A stretch of DNA of 64,000 nucleotides, from the NCBI GenBank assembly GCA_016699575.1, contig CP064979.1, positions 2,576,824-2,640,823 on the forward strand, written 5' to 3'. The notes under the pieces were generated by a model, which searched no databases, was not told the DNA's origin, and saw nothing but the letters and a program-made list of their open reading frames with translations. Shown piece by piece: positions 48,695 through 59,772 of this stretch. Made by a program: the position numbers and the translations under genes. Numbering within the stretch: the first letter of the stretch is position 1; every line of letters begins with the position of its first letter. This DNA comes from Flavobacteriales bacterium. Lineage in GTDB: Bacteria; Bacteroidota; Bacteroidia; Flavobacteriales_F; PHOS-HE28.

Positions 48695-49090
48695 ATGAAC
48701 ACAACGTTGAGACATTTAATATTTCTTCTTCTAGTAACTGCATTTTTAAGCTCTTGCGAAAAAGAGACTATTATTGATTACTATATAGATAACCAATCCT
48801 CAACCTCGATTTCTATAGATGGAACTGATATTATTCATTCGGTGGATATAGACTATACTATATCTGAAAATGAAAAAATGAAAATCACTAATTGGTCAAA
48901 ACGAGGTATTCAATCCGACTTATTTGAACCTACGACAATGTTTGGAAATGATTTGCTAATTATTAATTCCAATAGTGATACACTTCAGAAAGATTATAAA
49001 CTCTTGTCGAATTGGCAATCTAGTGTGGACGACGAAAGAAAAACTGTTTCTCACGACTATATTTTAGTAATAACAGATGCAGACTTCTAA
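48695..49090 (+). CDS. Hypothetical lipoprotein, AT-rich (cassette 2, 131 aa)
   Basis: MNTTLRHLIFLLLVTAFLSSCEKE has a lipobox Cys. A TAAATTTG (Bacteroidota -7-like) motif lies at 48629-48636, ~60 bp upstream. Confidence 0.6.
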   Translation: MNTTLRHLIFLLLVTAFLSSCEKETIIDYYIDNQSSTSISIDGTDIIHSVDIDYTISENEKMKITNWSKRGIQSDLFEPTTMFGNDLLIINSNSDTLQKDYKLLSNWQSSVDDERKTVSHDYILVITDADF

Positions 49091-49101
49091 AAAACGCCCT
49101 A

Positions 49102-49229
49102 TAACAGCACCTACCCAAAAGGCGGGGTTTCGTGTTCTAAAGACAGTTTTGTGGTTAATCAAACATTAGTTTTTCAAATCAGGTTTTGTGGTAAAAGTCC
49201 CGCCCTTCGGGTAGCTGCAAACCGTTAGC
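49102..49229 (+). repeat. attC-like imperfect palindromic element 2 (~128 bp)
   Basis: Left end TAACAGCACCTACCCAAAAGGCGGGG. Right end CCGCCCTTCGGGTAGCTGCAAACCGTTAGCGG. There is an internal direct repeat TTTTGTGGT x2. It begins 12 bp after the ORF stop. Its right end (GTTAGCG) abuts the duplicated fic 3' segment. Confidence 0.5.
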
Positions 49230-49241
49230 GGTCGTTTGTTT

Positions 49242-49490
49242 TCAGTGACTGGTCGGATGCCTGTACACCGCCGCCCTGCCTTCCCCGATCCTCACCAGTC
49301 GCGCCCTTGCCACCGCCTCGGCCAGATCCCTGCTCGCACTGGCCGTGCTGAGCCTTGGGAACGCGTTCATGTGATCCTTGCGGCGGAATGGACGGTCCGG
49401 TGCTTGGGCCATGAAGAGCGCGATGCGGTCGGGTGCGCGGCGCACGGGGTCGGGCATGGACAGGAGTTCGGCCAGGGCTTCATCGAGGCG
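49242..49490 (-). pseudogene. Truncated duplicate of the fic 3' end (C-terminal ~83 codons), copy A of the ~265-bp direct repeat
   Basis: The translation ..RLDEALAELLSMPDPVRRAPDRIALFMAQAPDRPFRRKDHMNAFPRLSTASASRDLAEAVARARLVRIGEGRAAVYRHPTSH is ~90% identical to the C-terminus of the full Fic gene at 50078-51052. The nucleotide identity extends over 49222-49490 versus 50059-50330. Confidence 0.65.
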
Positions 49491-49513
49491 AAGTCTACTG
49501 GTCTGCGCGAAAT

Positions 49514-49807
49514 TCAGAAGGGCCTGTCTGCCGGGTTGCGCCGAACGTGCCAAAGTGTGAGGACGTGCACGGCGTTCGACGTGGCGCTGTAGAAGATCAA
49601 ATGGTCTCCTACGGTCTTCACTCGAACGTCAGGGTCGCTTGTCGGTCGCCCGATCTTCGGTTGGGAGGCGATGAGCCGGAGGGCGGAACGGAACATGCCG
49701 TCGAGTTTTTCGCTGTAAAGCGTTGAGCCATTGCGCTCGACCCAATAAGCCAGGATCTCCAATCGCTGCCGGTGGGCTTGCGCGGACCAGACTATTTGCC
49801 GAACCAT
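49514..49807 (-). CDS. Type II toxin, ParE/RelE family
   Basis: 97 aa, ..DHLIFYSATSNAVHVLTLWHVRRNP is a ParE-like C-terminus. It overlaps the upstream antitoxin ORF by 16 nt. Confidence 0.8.
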   Translation of the reverse strand: MVRQIVWSAQAHRQRLEILAYWVERNGSTLYSEKLDGMFRSALRLIASQPKIGRPTSDPDVRVKTVGDHLIFYSATSNAVHVLTLWHVRRNPADRPF

Positions 49808-50028
49808 TCGTCCACGGCCTTGTTGGCCTGCGCGGCCGAGAGCGTACGGCCCTCTTTGATGTCTTTCTTGCCGCGCTTGATGGAAGCTTGCTGCTCCTTG
49901 CTCAACTTATACGGTTCCAGGTCTGCGGCGTCGGTGCCGAGCAAGCGGTAGGCTTCGCGGAGCAAGGCACTATCGCGTGAGCGCTGAATGCGGTTGATGA
50001 GGCGCTTTTTCAGTTCAACATCCGACAT
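49792..50028 (-). CDS. Putative antitoxin (addiction-module component, 78 aa)
   Basis: Small charged protein directly upstream of, and overlapping, the ParE-like toxin. Confidence 0.65.
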   Translation of the reverse strand: MSDVELKKRLINRIQRSRDSALLREAYRLLGTDAADLEPYKLSKEQQASIKRGKKDIKEGRTLSAAQANKAVDEWFGK

Positions 50029-50077
50029 GGTGCAATGGATCGATCGCGTAAATCTAGCGTGCTAACGGTCGTTTGTT

Positions 50078-51052
50078 TCAGTGACTGGCCGGATGCCTGT
50101 ACACCGCAGCCCGGCCTTCCCCGATCCTCACCAGTCGCGCCGTTGCAACCGCCTCCGCCAGATCTCTGCTCGCACTGGCCGTGCTGAGCCGCGGGAACGC
50201 GTTCATGTAATCCTTGCGGCGGAAGGGCCGGTCAGAGGCTTGGGCCAGGAAGAGCGCGATGCGGTCAGGCGCGCGGCGCACGGGGTCGGGCATGGACAGG
50301 AGTTCGGCCAATGCTTCATCGATGCGCTCCATGAGGTAGGTGACGAAGAGGCCGCAGTCGCCCTGGCGGTCGGCGTACTCGAGCGCGGCGTAGTAGGCGG
50401 GCTGGGTGCGCTGGATGAAGCCCTCCACCGGCAGGAAGCCGAAGACGGGCCAGTGGCGCATGAGCACGCGGCGCTGCCAGAGTCGGGCCATGCGCCCGTT
50501 GCCGGCAGTGAAGGGCCGCAAGTACACCAGGCCGAAGTGCAGCAAACAACTGGTGATGATGGGCGGCGCATCGTCGTTCTCCACGAAGTGCAGGAGCTCC
50601 TCCACCAGCACGGACATGTTCTCGGCCGGGGCCACGCGCAGCGGAGGCGGTTCGCCGTAGAGGACGTCCATGGGCCCGGTGCGGTAGGTGCCGGCATCGA
50701 GGGCCAGGCCGTGCATGAGCACCCCGTGCGCGTGGCGCAGGTCGTGGGCCATGAAGGGGTCGAGCCCCGGCAGCAGCTCATGGGCGCGCTGGGTGTTCAC
50801 GGCTTCCAGGGCTTCGGGCCCGGCGGTGTGGGTGGGGTGCGCGACGAGTTCGGCCACGGGCAGGGGCTCCAGCTGGTTCCCTTCCAAAGCCAGCGTGGCG
50901 TGCACGGTGCGGATGCGGTATGCCAGGTCGAGGTCGGCCGCCGGGCGCCCCAAGTGGCGGGCGTGCACTTCGCCCAAGCGATGGTAAATGGACGTGAGCA
51001 GGGTGAGCATCCTGCTGTGCATGGTGTAGAAGGCGTAGGAGGAGGGGAGCAT
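50078..51052 (-). CDS. Fic/DOC-family protein with a non-canonical motif (RPFTAGNGRMAR)
   Basis: The Fic core ..LRPFTAGNGRMARLW.. is present. The ATG at 51052 is preferred over the upstream TTG. The C-terminal helical domain matches the duplicated fragment at 49242-49490. Confidence 0.85.
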   Translation of the reverse strand: MLPSSYAFYTMHSRMLTLLTSIYHRLGEVHARHLGRPAADLDLAYRIRTVHATLALEGNQLEPLPVAELVAHPTHTAGPEALEAVNTQRAHELLPGLDPFMAHDLRHAHGVLMHGLALDAGTYRTGPMDVLYGEPPPLRVAPAENMSVLVEELLHFVENDDAPPIITSCLLHFGLVYLRPFTAGNGRMARLWQRRVLMRHWPVFGFLPVEGFIQRTQPAYYAALEYADRQGDCGLFVTYLMERIDEALAELLSMPDPVRRAPDRIALFLAQASDRPFRRKDYMNAFPRLSTASASRDLAEAVATARLVRIGEGRAAVYRHPASH

Positions 51053-51057
51053 GGAGT

Positions 51058-51117
51058 TCAAGTGTCAAGGCTCAAGTTCCAAGTCCCAAGCTTCAAGAAG
51101 ACTGAAGACACAAGGCC
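51058..51117. repeat. CAAG-rich repeat, second locus of the family seen between sucA and sucB
   Basis: ttcaagtgtcaaggctcaagttccaagtcccaagcttcaagaagactgaagacacaagg. It shares the 13-mer tcaagtgtcaagg and a gaagact(c/g)aag(a/t)cacaag segment with the arms of the 23399-23500 element. Confidence 0.45.
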
Positions 51118-51580
51118 ATAGGCGCAAATGGCTTCGAGCTGTGAGCCATGAGCAGCGAGCGCTGGTAGGGTGGGAGTGAATGAAAAAAGTAGAATGAAGA
51201 ATGTAGAAGTGGGAACGCGGTGGGGCGAGGCTTGAGGCTCATGGCTAGGCGCGAAAGAAGGGCTTCAAAGGTGGCAATATGATATCAAATGATGCTATCG
51301 AATGGATCGGAGGGGTGGGAACAGGGGTGGGGCAGATGGAGATGTTCTGGAGATCAACGAGGGTGCGGGATCCTGGGACGGGGATAGCTGGAGTGCTTGA
51401 TGGACAAGGGTTTCGGAGGGTCGGCCGCGGGAAAGGCCGATCAGATCAGGGAGGTGGTGAACGAGGGTGGTGAGATTTTTCATTGAACAGGCATGCGTTG
51501 AAAGGGTGGTTCGGCTACATTTGCAGCCCGTTTTTCGCGCCGCATGCGAAACCGGCTGAAAGACAGAAGAAAACCGCGCG

Positions 51581-51964
51581 ATGCCAACCATCCAGCAGCT
51601 CATCCGCAAAGGCCGCGAAAGCCAGACCTACGCGAGCAAGTCGGTAGCCCTCACCCGCTGTCCGCAGCGCCGTGGGGTATGCACCAAGGTGTACACCACC
51701 ACCCCGAAGAAGCCGAACTCGGCCCTTCGCAAGGTGGCCAAGGTGCGCCTGACGAACAAGTACGAGGTGATCGCCTACATCGGCGGCGAGGGCCACAACC
51801 TGCAGGAGCACAGCATCGTGCTGGTGCGCGGCGGCAGGGTGAAGGACCTTCCCGGCGTGAAGTACCACATCGTGCGCGGCGTGCTGGACACCGCCGGTGT
51901 GGAAGGCCGCAACCAGCGCCGCAGCAAGTACGGAACGAAGAAGCCCAAGGCCAAGAAGGCATAA
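51581..51964 (+). CDS. rpsL: 30S ribosomal protein S12
   Basis: [12 protein letters not shown]... is canonical uS12. Confidence 0.97.
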   Translation: MPTIQQLIRKGRESQTYASKSVALTRCPQRRGVCTKVYTTTPKKPNSALRKVAKVRLTNKYEVIAYIGGEGHNLQEHSIVLVRGGRVKDLPGVKYHIVRGVLDTAGVEGRNQRRSKYGTKKPKAKKA

Positions 51965-51976
51965 GAGCACTGAGCC

Positions 51977-52441
51977 ATGCGCAAGAAAGCAGTCAAGCAC
52001 GCCACGCTCCCCGACCCCAAGTTCGGTGATGTGATGGTGACCAAGTTCGTGAACAACATGATGTACGACGGGAAGAAGAGCAAAGCGCTCGACATCTTCT
52101 ACGGCGCCATCGACATCGTTGCCGAGAAGAGCGGCGAGGACGGTCTGGAGACCTTCCGCAAGGCCCTCAGCAACGTGACCCCGCAAGTGGAAGTGCGCAG
52201 CCGTCGCGTGGGCGGTGCCAACTTCCAGATCCCGCAGCCCGTGCGCGAGGACCGCAAGAAGAGCCTGGCCATGAAGTGGCTGATCGGCTACAGCCGCGGT
52301 CGCAACGAGCGCGGCATGACCGCCAAGCTGGCCGGCGAGATCCTCGCTGCCGCCAAGGAGGAAGGTGCAGCCTTCAAGAAGAAAGAAGAAGTCCACAAAA
52401 TGGCCGAAGCGAACAAGGCCTTCAGCCACTTCCGCTTCTAA
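51977..52441 (+). CDS. rpsG: 30S ribosomal protein S7
   Basis: MRKKAVKHATLPDPKFGD.. is uS7. Confidence 0.97.
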   Translation: MRKKAVKHATLPDPKFGDVMVTKFVNNMMYDGKKSKALDIFYGAIDIVAEKSGEDGLETFRKALSNVTPQVEVRSRRVGGANFQIPQPVREDRKKSLAMKWLIGYSRGRNERGMTAKLAGEILAAAKEEGAAFKKKEEVHKMAEANKAFSHFRF

Positions 52442-52456
52442 GCCAACGAAAGCCAC

Positions 52457-54562
<2,106 letters not shown>

Positions 54563-54575
54563 TCCAACAAGAACC

Positions 54576-54881
54576 ATGAACCAGAAGATCCGGATCAAGC
54601 TGCGCTCGTACGACCACAACCTCGTGGACAAGAGCGCGGAGAAGATCGTGAAGACGGTGAAGAGCACCGGTGCGGTGGTGAGCGGGCCCATCCCCCTGCC
54701 GACGCACAAGCGCATCTTCACCGTGCTGCGCAGCCCGCACGTGAACAAGAAGGCGCGGGAACAGTTCCAGTTGTGCTCCTACAAGCGCATCATGGACATC
54801 TACAGCAGCAGCAGCAAAACCATCGACGCGCTGATGAAACTGGAGCTCCCCAGCGGCGTGGACGTGGAGATCAAAGTCTGA
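54576..54881 (+). CDS. rpsJ: 30S ribosomal protein S10
   Basis: [18 protein letters not shown].. is uS10. Confidence 0.97.
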   Translation: MNQKIRIKLRSYDHNLVDKSAEKIVKTVKSTGAVVSGPIPLPTHKRIFTVLRSPHVNKKAREQFQLCSYKRIMDIYSSSSKTIDALMKLELPSGVDVEIKV

Positions 54882-54900
54882 CCGATAGCACTACGAAGCC

Positions 54901-55518
54901 ATGAGCGGGATCATTGGAAAGAAGATCGGGATGACCAGTCTGTACGACACGGACGGTAGCCTTGTGGGCTGCACCGTGATCGAGGCAGCACCCAATGTGG
55001 TCAGCCACATCAAGACGGCGGAGAAGGACGGCTACGCGGCCATCCAGCTCAGCTACGGCGACAAGAAGGAGAAGCACGCCACCAAGGCGAGCATCGGCCA
55101 CTACAAGAAGGCCAGCACGGCCCCCAAGGCGAAGAGCCACGAGTTCAAGGAATTCGAGGAAGAGTTCAAGCTGGGCGATACGGTAGGCGTTGGCCTCTTC
55201 GAAGAGGGCAGCTTCGTTACCGTTACCGGCACGAACAAGGGCAAGGGCTTCCAGGGCGTGGTGAAGCGCCACGGCTTCAGCGGCGTGGGCGAGGCAACGC
55301 ACGGTCAGCACGACCGTTTGCGCGCCCCCGGTTCGCTGGGCGGATCGAGCTATCCCGCACGCGTGTTCAAGGGCATGCGCATGGCCGGCCGCGACGGTGG
55401 CAAGAAGATCACCACCGAGAACCTGAAAGTGGTGAAGGTGGACGCAGAAAAGAACCTCGTGCTGTTGCGCGGAGCCGTTCCCGGCCCCAAAGGCAGCTAC
55501 GTCATCATCTGGAAGTAG
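54901..55518 (+). CDS. rplC: 50S ribosomal protein L3
   Basis: [16 protein letters not shown].. is uL3. Confidence 0.97.
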   Translation: MSGIIGKKIGMTSLYDTDGSLVGCTVIEAAPNVVSHIKTAEKDGYAAIQLSYGDKKEKHATKASIGHYKKASTAPKAKSHEFKEFEEEFKLGDTVGVGLFEEGSFVTVTGTNKGKGFQGVVKRHGFSGVGEATHGQHDRLRAPGSLGGSSYPARVFKGMRMAGRDGGKKITTENLKVVKVDAEKNLVLLRGAVPGPKGSYVIIWK

Positions 55519-55560
55519 ATATGGTAAGGGCGGGACATGTCCCGCCCCAACAAGACAACA

Positions 55561-56187
55561 ATGGAACTCGACATCCATAGCGCTGACGGAAAAGCCACTG
55601 GCAAGAAAGCCAAGCTGAGCGACGCGGTATTCGCGATCGAACCCAACGATCACGCGATCTACCTCGACGTGAAGCAGCACCTGGCCAACAAGCGCCAAGG
55701 CACGCACAAAGCGCTTGAGAAGGGCGAAGTGAGCGGCAGCACGAAGAAGTTGCACCGCCAGAAGGGCACCGGTGGCAGCCGCAAAGGCTCCATCAAGGCC
55801 CCGAACTTCAAGGGCGGTGCACGCGCCTTCGGTCCGCGCCCGCGCGACTACTCCTTCAAAGTGAACCAACAGGTGAAGGACCTGGCCCGCCGCAGCGCCC
55901 TTACCTACAAGGCCAAGGACGGCGCCATCAAGGTGATCGACGCACTGGCGCTGACGGCCCCCAAAACGAAGGACTACGCCAAGATGCTGGGCGCCTTCGG
56001 TCTGGACCGCAAGAGCCTGCTGGTGATGGCCGAGCGCAACGACAACGTGCTGCTGAGCGCCCGCAACCTGCAAGGTGCGCGCGTGGTGATGGCCACCGAG
56101 CTGAGCACCTACGACATCCTCAACGCGAACGGCCTCTTGATCGTGAAGGACGCGATCGCGCCGATCGAAGCCACCCTGAGCAAATGA
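55561..56187 (+). CDS. rplD: 50S ribosomal protein L4
   Basis: MELDIHSADGKATGKKAKLSDAVF.. is uL4. An in-frame upstream ATG at 55537 lies inside a perfect 20-bp palindrome. The start at 55561 is preferred. Confidence 0.9.
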   Translation: MELDIHSADGKATGKKAKLSDAVFAIEPNDHAIYLDVKQHLANKRQGTHKALEKGEVSGSTKKLHRQKGTGGSRKGSIKAPNFKGGARAFGPRPRDYSFKVNQQVKDLARRSALTYKAKDGAIKVIDALALTAPKTKDYAKMLGAFGLDRKSLLVMAERNDNVLLSARNLQGARVVMATELSTYDILNANGLLIVKDAIAPIEATLSK

Positions 56188-56480
56188 GCAAGACCATCCT
56201 CATCCGTCCGGTGATCACCGAAAAGGTGACCAAACAGACCGAGAACGAGGGCCGTTACGGCTTCGTTGTGGCGCGCACCGCCAACAAGATCGAGATCAAG
56301 AACGCCGTGGAGAAGGAGTACGGTGTTTCGGTAACGGGCGTGCGCACCATGATCGTGCGCGGCAAGAACAAGACCCGCTACACGAAGACCAACATCCTCC
56401 AAGGTGGGACCAGCAGCTACAAGAAAGCGGTGATCACCCTGAAGAAGGGCGAGGTCATCGACCTGTACAGCGCCATCTAA
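56184..56480 (+). CDS. rplW: 50S ribosomal protein L23
   Basis: uL23 family. There is an ATGA overlap with rplD. Confidence 0.95.
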   Translation: MSKTILIRPVITEKVTKQTENEGRYGFVVARTANKIEIKNAVEKEYGVSVTGVRTMIVRGKNKTRYTKTNILQGGTSSYKKAVITLKKGEVIDLYSAI

Positions 56481-56500
56481 GACAGCGATAGCAGAGCGCC

Positions 56501-57340
<840 letters not shown>

Positions 57341-57346
57341 TAGCAC

Positions 57347-57619
57347 ATGAGCCGTTCACTCAAAAAACCGCCGTTCATCCACTACAAGCTCGCGAAGCGC
57401 GTAGGGGAAGCCACGGCCAGCGGTAAGAAGAGCGTGATCAAGACCTGGTCGCGCGCCAGCACCATCGCTCCGGAGTTCGTGGGCATGACGTTCGCCGTGC
57501 ACAACGGCAACAAGTTCATCCCCGTGTACGTGACGGAGAACATGGTGGGCCACAAGCTGGGCGAGTTCGCGCCCACGCGCACCTTCCGCGGCCACAGCGG
57601 TAACAACAAAGGCGCATAA
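57347..57619 (+). CDS. rpsS: 30S ribosomal protein S19
   Basis: [15 protein letters not shown].. is uS19. Confidence 0.97.
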   Translation: MSRSLKKPPFIHYKLAKRVGEATASGKKSVIKTWSRASTIAPEFVGMTFAVHNGNKFIPVYVTENMVGHKLGEFAPTRTFRGHSGNNKGA

Positions 57620-57621
57620 CC

Positions 57622-58020
57622 ATGGGAGCCCGCAAGAAACTGAGCGCCGATAAGCGCAAGGAAGCCATGAAGACGGTGGCCATCGCCACGCTGCGCAACG
57701 TGCCCACCAGCCCGCGTAAAATGCGCCAGGTGGCCGATGTGATCCGTGGCCTCGAAGTGGAGAAAGCCCTGGGCATCCTCCAGTTCAGCACCCGCCACAC
57801 CAGCCTGCCGATGCGCAAGCTCCTGTTGAGCGCCATCGCCAACTGGGAGGCCAAGAACGAAGGCAAGAAGGCCGATGAGAGCAAGCTGGTGGTGAAGACC
57901 ATCCAGGTGGACGAAGCCAAGGGCCTCCGCCGCATGTTGCCCGCACCGCAAGGCCGCGCCTACCGCATGAAGAAGCGCAGCAACCACGTGACCCTCATCG
58001 TCGATACCGCAGCCAACTGA
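57622..58020 (+). CDS. rplV: 50S ribosomal protein L22
   Basis: uL22 family. Confidence 0.95.
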   Translation: MGARKKLSADKRKEAMKTVAIATLRNVPTSPRKMRQVADVIRGLEVEKALGILQFSTRHTSLPMRKLLLSAIANWEAKNEGKKADESKLVVKTIQVDEAKGLRRMLPAPQGRAYRMKKRSNHVTLIVDTAAN

Positions 58021-58022
58021 TA

Positions 58023-58838
58023 ATGGGACAGAAAGCACATCCGATCGGACAACGCCTGGGCTTCATCAGGGGCTGGGACAGCAACTGGTACGGCGGTAGC
58101 GACTACACCGACAAACTGGTGGAGGACGAAAAGATCCGCACGTACCTCATGGCCCGCTTGAAGAAGGCGAGCGTGAGCAAGATCATCATCGAGCGCACCA
58201 TGAAACTGGTGACGGTGACGATCAACACGGCGCGCCCCGGCGTCATCATCGGCAAGGGCGGCACCGAGGTGGACAAGCTGCGCGAGGAACTGAAGAAGTT
58301 CACCGGGAAGGACGTGCAGATCAACATCTTCGAGATCAAACGTCCTGAGCTGGACGCCAAGTTGGTGGCCGACAGCATCGCCCGCCAATTGGAAGGCCGC
58401 ATCAGCTTCCGCCGCGCCATGAAGATGGCCATGGCCAGCAGCATGCGCATGGGCGCCGAAGGCATCAAACTGCAGGTGAGCGGCCGCTTGAACGGCGCCG
58501 AGATCGCCCGCACCGAGAAATACCGCGACGGCCGTGTGCCCCTGCACACGCTCCGCGCCGACATCGACTTCGCGATCAGCGAGGCGCACACCAAGATGGG
58601 ACGCATCGGGGTGAAGTGCTGGATCTGCCGCGGCGAAGTGTTCGGCAAGCGCGACCTGAGCCCCAACGTGGGCCAAGTGAAAACGACCGGTACGGCAGCC
58701 CGTGGTGGTGGCCGTCCGGGCGGCGACCGCGAACGCCGTGGCGGCGATCGTCCTGACCGTCGTGGTCCGGGCGGTGATCGCCGTGGTGGCCCCGGTGGAG
58801 ATCGCCGTGGTGGTGGACGTGATCGTAACAACAGCTAA
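58023..58838 (+). CDS. rpsC: 30S ribosomal protein S3 with Arg/Gly/Asp-rich C-terminal extension
   Basis: [20 protein letters not shown].. is uS3. The C-terminal ~55 aa are GGDRR-type repeats. Confidence 0.97.
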   Translation: MGQKAHPIGQRLGFIRGWDSNWYGGSDYTDKLVEDEKIRTYLMARLKKASVSKIIIERTMKLVTVTINTARPGVIIGKGGTEVDKLREELKKFTGKDVQINIFEIKRPELDAKLVADSIARQLEGRISFRRAMKMAMASSMRMGAEGIKLQVSGRLNGAEIARTEKYRDGRVPLHTLRADIDFAISEAHTKMGRIGVKCWICRGEVFGKRDLSPNVGQVKTTGTAARGGGRPGGDRERRGGDRPDRRGPGGDRRGGPGGDRRGGGRDRNNS

Positions 58839-58849
58839 GAACCAAGGCA

Positions 58850-59272
58850 ATGCTCCAACCGAAGCGTTCCAAGTTCAGGAACATGCACAAGGGCCGCATG
58901 AAAGGCCAGGCCCAGCGCGGGCACCGCGTGGCCCTCGGCTCCTTCGGCCTGAAGGCCGTTGAAGGCGCGTGGCTCACCGGCCGCCAGATCGAAGCCGCCC
59001 GCGTGGCGCTCACCCGTCACATGAAGCGCGAAGGCCAGGTGTGGATCCGCGTGTTCCCCGACAAGCCGGTGACCAGCAAGCCCGCCGAGGTGCGTATGGG
59101 TAAGGGCAAAGGTGCCCTGGACCATTGGGTGGCCGTAGTGCACCCCGGTCGCATCATTTTCGAGGCGGATGGTGTGCCCATGGCCACCGCCAAAGCAGCC
59201 CTGAAGCTGGCCGCTGGCAAACTGCCCATCATGACCAAGTTCGTGATCCGCGAGGACTACGCGGGCCAATAA
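58850..59272 (+). CDS. rplP: 50S ribosomal protein L16
   Basis: [19 protein letters not shown].. is uL16. Confidence 0.97.
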   Translation: MLQPKRSKFRNMHKGRMKGQAQRGHRVALGSFGLKAVEGAWLTGRQIEAARVALTRHMKREGQVWIRVFPDKPVTSKPAEVRMGKGKGALDHWVAVVHPGRIIFEADGVPMATAKAALKLAAGKLPIMTKFVIREDYAGQ

Positions 59273-59281
59273 GACAGCGCC

Positions 59282-59485
59282 ATGAAAAAGAAAGGAACAG
59301 AGATCAAGGACCTCACCGTGCAGGAGCTGCAGGACAAGGTGGCGGAAACGCGCCAGACCCTTGGCAAGCTGCGCTTCAACCACGCGCTGAGCCCCATCGA
59401 AAGCCCTGCCCAACTGCGCACCAAGCGCAAGGAAGTGGCCCGCCTCCTCACTGAACTGCGAAAGCGCGAACTGAACGCGAAATGA
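59282..59485 (+). CDS. rpmC: 50S ribosomal protein L29
   Basis: uL29 family, 67 aa. Confidence 0.95.
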   Translation: MKKKGTEIKDLTVQELQDKVAETRQTLGKLRFNHALSPIESPAQLRTKRKEVARLLTELRKRELNAK

Positions 59486-59757
59486 GCACCGAGAAGACCC
59501 CCATCGAGCGCAACCTGCGCAAAGAGCGCATCGGCATCGTCACCAGCGACAAGATGACCAAGAGCATCACGGTGACCGTTGAGCGCCGGGTGATGCACCC
59601 CAAATACGGCAAGTTCGTGAAGCGTTCGAGCACCTTCATGGCGCACGACGAGAACCGCGACGCCAAAGTGGGCGACACGGTGAAGATCGAAGAGACCCGC
59701 CCCTTGAGCAAGCTGAAGCGCTGGCGCCTGGTGGAGATCGTTGAACGCGCCAAGTAA
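59482..59757 (+). CDS. rpsQ: 30S ribosomal protein S17
   Basis: uS17 family. There is an ATGA overlap with rpmC. Confidence 0.95.
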   Translation: MSTEKTPIERNLRKERIGIVTSDKMTKSITVTVERRVMHPKYGKFVKRSSTFMAHDENRDAKVGDTVKIEETRPLSKLKRWRLVEIVERAK

Positions 59758-59772
59758 TCCCGCACCCGAGCC

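Larger units (their letters stand above)
46613..50063. mobile_element. Putative horizontally acquired cassette region inserted at the 3' end of fic
   Basis: It comprises two AT-rich ORFs, each followed by an attC-like imperfect palindrome, plus a ParE/RelE-antitoxin pair. The base composition shifts abruptly at about 46615 and about 49230. A ~265-bp direct repeat of the fic 3' end lies at 49222-49490 and 50059-50330. Confidence 0.45.

Noticed and set aside
51279-51473. 64-aa Gly/Arg-rich ORF in the rpsL leader
   Set aside because: It lies in the long non-coding leader of the str operon. Its repetitive Gly-rich translation is typical of a chance ORF.
54871-56073. 400-aa minus-strand ORF over rplC/rplD
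   Set aside because: It is antisense to conserved ribosomal protein genes.
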